A stretch of 55,324 nt of DNA from Ectothiorhodospiraceae bacterium (GTDB taxonomy: Bacteria; Bacteroidota; Ignavibacteria; SZUA-365; GCA-2699105). How positions within the stretch are numbered: position 1 is the first letter of the stretch; each line of letters starts with the position of its first letter. Positions 8,349 through 16,956 of this stretch are shown here, one piece after another. Position numbers and translations under genes: made by a program. The notes under the pieces are model-generated. The model did not search any database, was not told the origin of the DNA, and was given only the letters and a program-made list of their open reading frames with translations. Location of the stretch: the NCBI GenBank assembly GCA_002699105.1, contig PABJ01000075.1:1-55324 (forward strand). Reading direction: 5' to 3'.

Positions 8349-9785
8349 ATGAAAGTCGAAGTACTCATGCCCAAAATGGGCGAAAGCATCACCGAAGGGA
8401 CCATCCTCACTTGGTCGAAGAAACCGGGCGATAAAGTCGAAAAGGATGAGACCTTACTTGAGATTTCAACCGACAAAGTCGATACAGAGGTACCGTCTTC
8501 AGAGGAAGGTACGCTCGTAGAGATATTGGCTGAGGAAGGCGATGTCGTAGAGGTCGGCAAGCCGGTTGCTATAATAGAAACTGACGCCTCTGCCGCCGAC
8601 TCGTCCGGAAACGGCAAGGATACCTCCAGTGACGACGAAAGTGCCGAAGACGCCGAGGACGCCGAAGACACCGAGGACACCGAAGACACCGAGGACACCG
8701 AGGACACCGAGGACACCGAGGACACCGAGGACACCGAAGACACCGAGGACACCGAAGACACCGAGGACACCGAAGACACCGAGGACACCGAGGACACCAA
8801 GAAAGCCAAGAGATCTGAAGGTGCAGGGAAAGCCGAAGGAGGAGGCGAGTCCAAGAGGTTTTACTCGCCAGTGGTAATGCGCATGGCCTCCGAGGCAGGA
8901 ATCGGAATGGACGAGCTTGAAGAGATCGACGGCTCAGGTCTAAACGGCAGGGTTACGAAGAAGGATCTGCAATCGTATATTGAGGACCGGAAGAACGGCA
9001 AGGGTGCGAAGAAGGCGAAGAAGGATAAGGGCGTCAAGGCATCGAAGCCTTCCGGTGAATCCACACGCAAATCGAAGAGCGGGGTGGATGTCGTACCCAT
9101 GGACAACATCAAGAAGCTCATGGCCGAGCATATGGTCAAGAGCATGAATATCAGTCCGCACGTAACGCTCGTATCGGATGTGGACATGACGAAGATCGTG
9201 AGCTTCAGGAAGAAGCACAGCGCTGCATTTAAGGAGAGAGAAGGGATATCCCTCACATACATGCCGTTCATCGCAGAGGCGACGATCAGGGCATTGAAGG
9301 AATTCCCATACATGAACAGCTCGATAGACGGTACCGATATCCTCGTGAAGCACGATATCGGTCTCGGTATTGCCGTGGCGATGGAAGATGGCGGCCTCAT
9401 TGTGCCGGTCGTGAAGGAAGCCGATACAAAGAATATCGTTGGCCTCGCCCGCTCCATCAATGATCTGGCCAAACGTGCCCGGAACAGGCGTTTGCAGCCA
9501 GAGGAAATCCAGGACGGTACGTTCACGATCACCAACTTCGGTGTGTTCGGGAATCTGTTCGGTACGCCTATCATTAATCAGCCGCAGGTTGGTATTCTAG
9601 GTGTAGGCTCGATCGACAAGCGCCCTGTTGTAATTGAGCAGGATGGAGAAGATGCAATCGGTATACGCTCGATGATGATGATGTCGATTACATTCGATCA
9701 CCGTCTCATCGACGGCGCTCTCGGCGGCCAGTTCCTGGAACGCGTCAAGGAGCACCTTGAGAACTTCTCGCTTGACTCCGTCTAG
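8349..9785 (+). CDS. Dihydrolipoamide acyltransferase E2 component (lipoyl domain, subunit-binding domain, catalytic domain)
   Basis: The lipoyl-lysine context is EISTDKVDTEVPS. The PSBD is SPVVMRMASEAGIGMDELEEIDGSGLNGRVTKKDL. The catalytic motif is DHRLIDGA. An unusual acidic repeat linker is listed separately. Confidence 0.9.
   Translation: MKVEVLMPKMGESITEGTILTWSKKPGDKVEKDETLLEISTDKVDTEVPSSEEGTLVEILAEEGDVVEVGKPVAIIETDASAADSSGNGKDTSSDDESAEDAEDAEDTEDTEDTEDTEDTEDTEDTEDTEDTEDTEDTEDTEDTEDTEDTKKAKRSEGAGKAEGGGESKRFYSPVVMRMASEAGIGMDELEEIDGSGLNGRVTKKDLQSYIEDRKNGKGAKKAKKDKGVKASKPSGESTRKSKSGVDVVPMDNIKKLMAEHMVKSMNISPHVTLVSDVDMTKIVSFRKKHSAAFKEREGISLTYMPFIAEATIRALKEFPYMNSSIDGTDILVKHDIGLGIAVAMEDGGLIVPVVKEADTKNIVGLARSINDLAKRARNRRLQPEEIQDGTFTITNFGVFGNLFGTPIINQPQVGILGVGSIDKRPVVIEQDGEDAIGIRSMMMMSITFDHRLIDGALGGQFLERVKEHLENFSLDSV
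8643..8795 (+). repeat. In-frame 9-nt tandem repeat, 17 units (3x GCCGARGAC plus 14x ACCGARGAC), encoding (AED)3(TED)14 in the E2 linker
   Basis: Counted directly in the sequence. The units differ only at the first base (G or A) and at the synonymous Glu wobble position (GAA or GAG). Confidence 0.95.
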
Positions 9786-9826
9786 AACTGAGATAGTCGT
9801 GCATACCGGCATGAGGAGTTGTTCCC

Positions 9827-10159
9827 GTGGGTAAAGCTGCCAAGATAGTCTTCGCCTTTATAGGCATTCTGGTTCTCACCATGGGAGTGCTGTTCTTCAT
9901 CGCCGGTGTGCAGGAGTATTTCTCGGGACCGTCCTCCCCGGAAATATACGGGACCATCATGCTTTCGGTGACGCTCATCTCGCTTCCTTGTGCTGGATTT
10001 TTCGGTTACAAGGCCATCACGAAGTATTACTTCGACCGAGATGAGTACCAGATCCCGGACGCTCCAATGAAAACGCTGCTCTATATGGTCTTGACTGGAA
10101 TCTTTGCGTTGACAGCGGTTACTTCAGTTCTGGTCTATCTCTTGTACATTAATGCGTAA
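9827..10159 (+). CDS. Small membrane protein with 3 predicted TM helices, unknown function
   Basis: 110 aa with a GTG start preceded by AGGAG at 9812-9816. It has three hydrophobic stretches and sits between E2 and lipA in the same orientation. Confidence 0.5.
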   Translation: MGKAAKIVFAFIGILVLTMGVLFFIAGVQEYFSGPSSPEIYGTIMLSVTLISLPCAGFFGYKAITKYYFDRDEYQIPDAPMKTLLYMVLTGIFALTAVTSVLVYLLYINA

Positions 10160-10167
10160 GCAATTAC

Positions 10168-11040
10168 ATGGAACCTATACAAATTGATCTGAAGCCAAAG
10201 AAACGGGAATCGCGTCCCGATTGGCTTAAAATCAAGGTACCGCTAGGGACCTCATACGCAGAGGTCAAAAACATCATACATACGCAGGGACTGAACACCG
10301 TGTGCGAAGATGCCCGGTGTCCGAATATGGCCGACTGCTGGAACCGCGGCACTGCTACATTCATGATACTCGGCGATGTCTGCACACGCAGTTGTGGATT
10401 TTGCTCGGTAAAAACAGGTCGCCCGCTCGAACTCGATCGCGATGAGCCCCGGCGCGTGGCATTGGCTGTGAAGAAAATGAACCTGAACCATGCCGTCGTT
10501 ACCTCAGTGAACAGAGACGAACTGCCCGATGGCGGCGCAGGAATATTTGCAGACACAATTCATGCAATCCGAAGCGAAGTCCCCGGATGTACGGTGGAAG
10601 TCCTCACTCCGGACTTTATGGGAAAGCAGGATGCAATATTGAAAGTTGTTGATGCGCGACCCGATATTATGAATCATAATATCGAGACAGTCCCCCGGTT
10701 GTACCGGCGTGTACGACCGCAGGCGAAGTACCAACGCTCGCTCGATCTGCTCGAGTTTTCCAAGCAGCAAGGATTGACGACGAAAACAGGTATGATGCTG
10801 GGCCTTGGCGAGGATTCCGACGAAATCGTGCAGGTAATGCGCGATCTCCGTGAACACAATGTCGATATTCTTACCCTTGGCCAGTACTTGCAGCCGACCA
10901 AGAACCACCTTCCGGTTGAACGGTACGTCACCCCGCAGGAATTCGCCGAATGGAAGGACTTGGGGCATAAACTGGGGTTTAAACACGTCGAGTCCGGACC
11001 GTTAGTACGGTCCAGCTATCATGCGGAAGAGCAGGTATGA
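10168..11040 (+). CDS. lipA: Lipoyl synthase (radical SAM)
   Basis: The radical SAM cluster motif is CTRSCGFC and the auxiliary cluster is [12 protein letters not shown]. At 290 aa the length is typical. Confidence 0.95.
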   Translation: MEPIQIDLKPKKRESRPDWLKIKVPLGTSYAEVKNIIHTQGLNTVCEDARCPNMADCWNRGTATFMILGDVCTRSCGFCSVKTGRPLELDRDEPRRVALAVKKMNLNHAVVTSVNRDELPDGGAGIFADTIHAIRSEVPGCTVEVLTPDFMGKQDAILKVVDARPDIMNHNIETVPRLYRRVRPQAKYQRSLDLLEFSKQQGLTTKTGMMLGLGEDSDEIVQVMRDLREHNVDILTLGQYLQPTKNHLPVERYVTPQEFAEWKDLGHKLGFKHVESGPLVRSSYHAEEQV

Positions 11041-11063
11041 TTTTGGTTGAAATACGAAGGTTT

Positions 11064-11088
11064 AGAAGAGCGCTGATGGCGCTCTTCT
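11064..11088. terminator. Bidirectional hairpin between convergent lipA and the agmatinase gene
   Basis: Perfect 10-bp stem agaagagcgc / gcgctcttct with a 5-nt loop. It is flanked by TTT on the left and by gcattt (weak T tract) on the right. Confidence 0.6.
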
Positions 11089-11092
11089 GCAT

Positions 11093-11989
11093 TTATCGGC
11101 CGGTGAAGGCGATATTCAGAAGCTTGTAGACGAGCTTGGAGACAAGGTAGCTTTCGCCGTGGGCGTGCTCGCGCGGGGCCAGCTCAACGACATCAAATCC
11201 GACTATCCGCCTTTGCTTTCCGATGGCCTTCAGCAGCTTGATTGTCTCAGCCCAGAATAGGCCGTTCGGCTCGGGGGTACCCGTCGAACCCATGATTGCG
11301 GGATCGAAATAGTCCACATCGAAGGTAATGTACACTTCGTCGGCAAGATTGGGCAGAATAAGGTCCTCCCATTGCTCGGTGGAATGAAGCGCATGCGCAT
11401 AGTGCGTGTGAACACCGTTGGTGCGCATGGATTCGACCTCTTCTTTGCACAGCGCCCGAATCCCGCATTGCACGATACGACTTCCGGGAATATCATCAAG
11501 GACACGCGCCATAACGCTCGCGTGGCTAAGCTTCGAGCCTTGGTAGCTATCGCGTAGATCTGCATGCGCGTCAAACTGCAAGACAGACATGGATGGATAC
11601 TTCTTGAGGTGTGCCCGGATGGGTGCGGCAGAGATTGTATGTTCGCCGCCTAGCGTTACAACGAACTTCTCATCGTCGAGGTATTCGCCGACGGACCGCT
11701 CGATAAGGGCAAGAGAGGCTTCGTCGTTCAGGTTTTCGAATGACAACGGTCTGAGCGAGACGATACCTTTCTCAAAGCACAACTCGCGGTGGAATTCCTC
11801 ATCCCAAAACTCCACATACTGCGATCCTCGCAGAATTGCCGCCGGTCCGCCGCCGGTTCCTTCTCCATACGAGACGGTTCGCTCGTAGGGTGCAGTAAGG
11901 ATGACAATCTTAGAGTTGCTGTACGATGAATTCCCAGGTTCGAGGCCGAGGAAATTCTCTTCAATCGGTAACGGTTCTGGATTCGCCAT
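11093..11989 (-). CDS. speB: Agmatinase / ureohydrolase (arginase family)
   Basis: Arginase-family Mn-binding motifs are present: GGEHTIS, FDAHADLRD, ITFDVDYFDP and GFDVVELAP. Length is 298 aa. Agmatine is assumed as substrate; formiminoglutamate or a guanidino acid is not excluded. Confidence 0.75.
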   Translation of the reverse strand: MANPEPLPIEENFLGLEPGNSSYSNSKIVILTAPYERTVSYGEGTGGGPAAILRGSQYVEFWDEEFHRELCFEKGIVSLRPLSFENLNDEASLALIERSVGEYLDDEKFVVTLGGEHTISAAPIRAHLKKYPSMSVLQFDAHADLRDSYQGSKLSHASVMARVLDDIPGSRIVQCGIRALCKEEVESMRTNGVHTHYAHALHSTEQWEDLILPNLADEVYITFDVDYFDPAIMGSTGTPEPNGLFWAETIKLLKAIGKQRRIVGFDVVELAPREHAHGESYLVSKLVYKLLNIAFTGR

Positions 11990-11991
11990 GC

Positions 11992-13761
11992 TTATTGGAC
12001 AACGACAAATCGGCGTGCTGCGACTTCCCGTCCGCTACGTACTTGGAGAGTGTACACCCCGGCTGATAAATGTGAAACAGGTATCTCCATCTTGGAGGAG
12101 CCGGACTGCACACCGGAATTGGCGGCATACACCTTTCTTCCAAGGGCATCGAATACTACCATACTTGAGTGCTCATTCGTCTCGGCGGTATAAGGTATCG
12201 TCACGGAATGATGAGCCGAAAGAGACGCTGGTTGCGGGTACGGCTGACCGAGTGAGAACGATGTCGCATGCTCAAGTTCGCCATTTGAGAGCACGGGAGG
12301 CTGAGAGTACGAAATCGAGACGGTGGCAGTGCTATCGGTCATTGAAAGCAGTTCGATGTTCAGATCCATATCCACGGTATCGCCGGCATGCATGAAATCC
12401 GGTGTGGGATTGCGGTACTGCCCGAAGAACGGCTGCTGCATGGTGAACGCCATTCCTGGATGACCGCGGTGTTCGGGCGACCAGACCGAAGTGACGCTGT
12501 CGATCTGAATCTTGTTGAACTCACTCGCGCCCGAAAGCGCATCCGGGGAATCGCGATAGGGTAGGCCGTCCGAATCGAGCGACCAGTGCCATTTCCCTTT
12601 CGCTGAGATCACTTCAAGTTCTTTTTGAAGCAAAGCCCATGTATCGGAAAGTCTGTAGATATACAGTCCCGGCACGGGGGATGCGTCGAATTTGCTCGAT
12701 TGATTCCGGAACTCAAGGATGTAGAATCTACGGTCGAATTCTTGTACCTGTATTGCGTATGCTTCATCGTGGGTGTGATAGTCGCGCATTGTGATAACGG
12801 TATCACGGCCGGCGTTGAGGTGCTGAAGATTCATCCATCCGACAACATGGCGTTCATATGCGCACATCCCGTACCCGCTGCCGCCGGATGCGGCATTCAT
12901 TCCCAACGAACCAAAGACGCCGGTCATGTGAGTTTCGCCGTAGATCTTATGCTGGAGTTCGTGGATGGAAACGCCGAACGCAACATCGTAATACAGCGGA
13001 ACACCCTGCCCGGGAAACCCTGCGACGATCATGCCTGACGAGCCGGCATCAGAGGCATACCCATCTCCGCCGTAGATAAATCTCCGGAACTCATCCACGA
13101 AGAACATACCGGGATACATGAGATCGGAGATGCCGACATACGGCATAAGTCCGCGGTTGACTACCGCCCGGTGAACGATGATAATGAGGTCGACCTTTCG
13201 TTCCGGACCTGGTGAGACGCGAAACGACCGATCATGACTTGACCAGGAATCGTAATCCTCGAAATCGATCTGCTGATCGAGCCTGTAGAGAATATCCTTT
13301 ATTGCAGTGCCGTAGTTCTGACCGCCATTGAGGTACGTGTGCTCCGGGCTTGAGAGCCGCATCAACTCAGGGTAGGTATCCAGATGCAGATTGAGGGTCC
13401 CGCCGGACATTGCATAGAAGTATTCATGCATGTCGGACTCATACCGATCCGTCCAGTTCGGCAGCCCGCCGGATGGCCAGTGGTCGGAGTGAAATTCGTC
13501 TTCCTGCGACTGAATGTATACGACCAATCCACGCAGATCGCCGGAGATAGGTAGGTGAGCGCCTGTTCGTTGCTCCACTTCCCGATGCGGAGCAACGTCT
13601 TCCGTTAAGTTCTCACCGCCGGTTTTTAAGACGGCGGATGGGGGTTGCGTTCCACAGAAATGCTGTGCGTCAACTGCGGTAAGCGGTGCGCATAGGAGAA
13701 CGAAAGGGAGGTAAATGTAGTACGTTCGGAGTCTGTCCTTGACGGACGATAATTTCATCAA
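11992..13761 (-). CDS. Secreted zinc metalloprotease-like protein (HExxH) with a T9SS C-terminal sorting domain
   Basis: Signal peptide YIYLPFVLLCAPLTAVDAQ. HELQH motif in VSIHELQHKIYGETH. C-terminus SLGQPYPQPASL...GVYTLQVRSG matches a T9SS sorting domain. Its stop lies 2 nt from the speB start. Confidence 0.65.
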   Translation of the reverse strand: MMKLSSVKDRLRTYYIYLPFVLLCAPLTAVDAQHFCGTQPPSAVLKTGGENLTEDVAPHREVEQRTGAHLPISGDLRGLVVYIQSQEDEFHSDHWPSGGLPNWTDRYESDMHEYFYAMSGGTLNLHLDTYPELMRLSSPEHTYLNGGQNYGTAIKDILYRLDQQIDFEDYDSWSSHDRSFRVSPGPERKVDLIIIVHRAVVNRGLMPYVGISDLMYPGMFFVDEFRRFIYGGDGYASDAGSSGMIVAGFPGQGVPLYYDVAFGVSIHELQHKIYGETHMTGVFGSLGMNAASGGSGYGMCAYERHVVGWMNLQHLNAGRDTVITMRDYHTHDEAYAIQVQEFDRRFYILEFRNQSSKFDASPVPGLYIYRLSDTWALLQKELEVISAKGKWHWSLDSDGLPYRDSPDALSGASEFNKIQIDSVTSVWSPEHRGHPGMAFTMQQPFFGQYRNPTPDFMHAGDTVDMDLNIELLSMTDSTATVSISYSQPPVLSNGELEHATSFSLGQPYPQPASLSAHHSVTIPYTAETNEHSSMVVFDALGRKVYAANSGVQSGSSKMEIPVSHLSAGVYTLQVRSGREVAARRFVVVQ

Positions 13762-13849
13762 ATTGGTCGGTTCAGCTATCTATCGGCTCGGTGTATTCAG
13801 CTAATATACAACACATGTATTACGGGAATGTTTCCGCTCACAGAGATTG

Positions 13850-14593
13850 TCATCGGGACGACTCGCGAGCATTCACTTTTCGTGCCGTGACAACAATGGT
13901 TTGTACTTTCCGAACCAGTAAGTTACTGAATCTGTCGATGATTCTCCAGAGGGTGTATGGGAGAAATCTTAAGAAATGGGAAATGCGCAAAAGATGCAGG
14001 ACTTTATTCTGAATGAGAAAAAACCTGATTTCACTGAAGCCGGATGATTTCAGCTGCGACGCGTGCCGGTGCTCATCGAAGGTGTGAATATGCGCGTTTG
14101 CCGGGGTAGGCTTATTGCAATGAATACAGAGATAGGTAGGAATATTTTCTTTGTACGGAGTGCTTACCGTGAGCCGTCCGCCATTCATCAGACACCGGGC
14201 CGATTCTTGGACTACCTGTGCTGGCTCGTTCACGTGTTCAAGCATCTCTGAGGCGACGATGGAATCGAATGCGCCGCTCCTAAATGGAAGCCTCGCGGCA
14301 TCTGCGACGACGCACAAGATCTGACTACCCAGCTCGGCCCGGAGCTTTTTGAGGTTCACTATACCAAGCTCCATGTTTACAACTTGGCAGTTACTTGCCT
14401 TCAGTATGCGTTGAACCCATCCATTCCCGGCGCCAATATCCAGCACTCGCCCCGAATGGGGGAATGACGCCGCTTTGGTAACGGCTTCCTGCTTTCTCCT
14501 GGCGTCGTCGTCGTGCTGGCGATTTGGAAGACTGAAGTAGTCGAACTCCTCGGCATCAATGCGGTAGTGGTCGGTTGGGCTTGCAACTTTCAT
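13850..14593 (-). CDS. Class I SAM-dependent methyltransferase
   Basis: SAM-binding motif I VLDIGAGNGW, post-I acidic residue (NMEL) and motif FDSIVASEMLEHV (Methyltransf_11-like). Length is 247 aa. Confidence 0.8.
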   Translation of the reverse strand: MKVASPTDHYRIDAEEFDYFSLPNRQHDDDARRKQEAVTKAASFPHSGRVLDIGAGNGWVQRILKASNCQVVNMELGIVNLKKLRAELGSQILCVVADAARLPFRSGAFDSIVASEMLEHVNEPAQVVQESARCLMNGGRLTVSTPYKENIPTYLCIHCNKPTPANAHIHTFDEHRHASQLKSSGFSEIRFFLIQNKVLHLLRISHFLRFLPYTLWRIIDRFSNLLVRKVQTIVVTARKVNARESSR

Positions 14594-14712
14594 GATAACA
14601 GTAATTTATTGTTGTGATAGGTACCAAACCAACAACCAGAGGTACTTCGATTTCGATCTTCCGGAGAAATCTCTATTTTCTGCACGATCAAATTCCCATA
14701 AACCCGAGCGAT

Positions 14713-16944
14713 ATGAATCTCCTTTCAGCAAAACTTGAATCCTTTACGCGTGTTGTACTCACCTTTGATCATCCCGTAAAAGGGATCGGGCTCGCCGATC
14801 TCTCATTTTCTCCCAAGCTCGAGATTGTGAAGCTGGATAAGCTTGAGCATGTCGTTTCTCTTCACGTGAAACCTGTGGACTTATCGAACATCTACACGGT
14901 GTTCGTTCGCGGGGTTGGGAATCTTCCCGTGCAGTTTGGCGCCGTACTCGATGCGTTCGTATCGGATAAACCACTAGGGTGTACGAAAGAACATAATGCA
15001 TATGCCTTCCGCGTGTTTGCGCCCAGGGCATCCTCAGTGCAGTTGATGTTCACCAGCAAACTCGACGATACCATCGGTACGCTGTACGATATGAATCAAG
15101 ACGAGGACGGTGTCTGGGAGATTTCGCTTTCTGAATCGAACACCGAGCCCTTCTACTGCTACAAAGTGTACGGTCCGGAAGGGCCGCAAGAGGTATTCAA
15201 CGGGAAAATCCCTATCGCTGATCCGTACGGCACGTGCGTGATCTCAAAAAATACGTACAGGCAGGAAAGTGTAACAGTGCTACCGAATCAGTTCGAAGAT
15301 TTTGACTGGAAAGACGATACGTTCACCGGTCTGAAGCTCGAGGACGCGGTCATCTACGAGATGCATGTGTACGATACAACGATTCATAAGTCCAGCGGTG
15401 TACCAAAGGAACTCGCGGGGACATACAAGGGTGTCGTGGCGCAGGGATATCGCGGCGGATTCGACTATCTGAAGTCGCTGGGAGTGAACGCAGTTGAGAT
15501 ACTTCCGTCTCAGCATTTCGCGCGTTGGGAGCCGGACTACAAGCAGCAAATGCGGGAGGGGTATTACAACACCTGGAATCCGTATTCCCATAACCACTGG
15601 GGATACATGACCACGCAGTTCTTCGCCCCTGATCCATTCTATGCCGTCGGGGCGAATAAACGCAAAGGCTCCTGGAACAATGTGCACTGCAACCATGTCC
15701 GGGAATTCAAGAAGATGGTGCAGGAATTCCATAAGCACGGTATCGCCGTCATCATGGATGTTGTCTACAACCATACCTCCCAATACAATCACCAACCGCT
15801 GAAATACCTCGATAAACATTACTATTACCGCCTCAATGAGTATGGCGACTATACGGCTGAAAGCGGTTGCGGTAACGACTATCACAGTGAGCGCCCGATG
15901 GCCCGCCGCTTGATCGTTGAGAGCATCCTCCACTGGATGCGTGAATATCATGTAGACGGGTTCCGGTTCGATCTAGCATCCCTGATTGACAATGAGACAT
16001 TTATCGAATTGCGCGACCGCGCACAAGAAATCAACCCGGATGTGATTCTTATCGCAGAACCCTGGGGAGGCGGAAGACATGAACTGGCACGTTTTTCTAA
16101 CATCGAGATGGCGGCCTGGAACGACGACTACCGTAATTCAGTCAAGGGGCGGGAGCCGGAAGGTTCTTGTGGGTTCATTTTCGGTTCGTGGGGATGGAAT
16201 TCTCCTGAAGCATTCGGAAAGTGGGTTATGGGCAGTACGCGCGATAAAGGCGGGCAATACAACCTGCCGAGGCATTCCGTGAACTACGTGGAATCGCATG
16301 ACGGCTACACGCTCGGGGATTTCATCCGGATCGCATCCGGTGAGGCTGATATCGCTTCGAAAGTCCAGGAACGCGCAAAGTTCGTCAAGCTCACTCCGCT
16401 GCAAATGAAGTTGAACAAGCTGGCCGCGGTGATGTTGATGGTGAGCCAGGGCCCGGTAATGATTCACCAGGGCCAGGAATTCGCCAGGGCGAAAATCATC
16501 GCGAAACGCGATCTGACGGATATCCACCCGGGTATGCTTGACCACAACAGCTACGAAAAGAATGACGAAACCAACTGGATCAACTATGCGGATGCTGAGG
16601 CGAACACCGAACTCGTTCAGTTTTACCGGGCACTCATCGCGCTAAGAGGGAAGTATGCAGCACTTCGCCGGGCGCCGCATGAGGAATATCAGTTCTTGAT
16701 TCCAAGCGCACCGGTAGCAAGCGGGTTTATCCTACCGCTGAAGGACGAAGATGGAGAGCAGATCGCCGTCATGATAAACCCCAACCCGGATCAAGCCGCA
16801 GAATACTCAATCCCGGAGGGAGAGTGGCGGGTAATCGTTGAAGAAGGCACAGCCTCTCTGGAAGGGCTGCGGTCCTTCAACGGGAAAAAGGTTACGGTGC
16901 CGCCGCGTTCGGCGACAATCTGCGTTTTGATTGAGAAACAATAG
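14713..16944 (+). CDS. GH13 pullulanase / glycogen-debranching type alpha-glucan hydrolase (CBM48 plus GH13 catalytic domain)
   Basis: The ATG at 14713 (MNLLSAKLE) is preferred over the GTG at 14614. The CBM48-like region is AFRVFAPRASSVQLMF...DEDGVWEISL. GH13 regions are DVVYNHT, DGFRFDLAS, EPWGG and YVESHD. Confidence 0.85.
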   Translation: MNLLSAKLESFTRVVLTFDHPVKGIGLADLSFSPKLEIVKLDKLEHVVSLHVKPVDLSNIYTVFVRGVGNLPVQFGAVLDAFVSDKPLGCTKEHNAYAFRVFAPRASSVQLMFTSKLDDTIGTLYDMNQDEDGVWEISLSESNTEPFYCYKVYGPEGPQEVFNGKIPIADPYGTCVISKNTYRQESVTVLPNQFEDFDWKDDTFTGLKLEDAVIYEMHVYDTTIHKSSGVPKELAGTYKGVVAQGYRGGFDYLKSLGVNAVEILPSQHFARWEPDYKQQMREGYYNTWNPYSHNHWGYMTTQFFAPDPFYAVGANKRKGSWNNVHCNHVREFKKMVQEFHKHGIAVIMDVVYNHTSQYNHQPLKYLDKHYYYRLNEYGDYTAESGCGNDYHSERPMARRLIVESILHWMREYHVDGFRFDLASLIDNETFIELRDRAQEINPDVILIAEPWGGGRHELARFSNIEMAAWNDDYRNSVKGREPEGSCGFIFGSWGWNSPEAFGKWVMGSTRDKGGQYNLPRHSVNYVESHDGYTLGDFIRIASGEADIASKVQERAKFVKLTPLQMKLNKLAAVMLMVSQGPVMIHQGQEFARAKIIAKRDLTDIHPGMLDHNSYEKNDETNWINYADAEANTELVQFYRALIALRGKYAALRRAPHEEYQFLIPSAPVASGFILPLKDEDGEQIAVMINPNPDQAAEYSIPEGEWRVIVEEGTASLEGLRSFNGKKVTVPPRSATICVLIEKQ

Positions 16945-16956
16945 ATTCGTGCTCGC

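Noticed and set aside
8643-8795. The tandem repeat considered as a CRISPR array or a non-coding satellite
   Set aside because: The period is 9 nt with no spacers. It is in frame inside a coding sequence and there are no cas genes in the window.
8306-8877. The (SSV)n ORF on the minus strand and the (TPRTPK)n ORF in another plus-strand frame
   Set aside because: Both are alternative-frame readings of the 9-nt repeat inside the E2 gene. The E2 frame is continuous with the lipoyl, PSBD and catalytic domains, so the other frames are artefacts of the repeat.
15280-15951. 223-aa minus-strand ORF inside the GH13 gene
   Set aside because: It lies antisense to the GH13 conserved regions (DVVYNHT, DGFRFDLAS). 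It is a shadow ORF. The 233-aa ORF at 42780..43481, antisense to the UXS gene, is rejected for the same reason.
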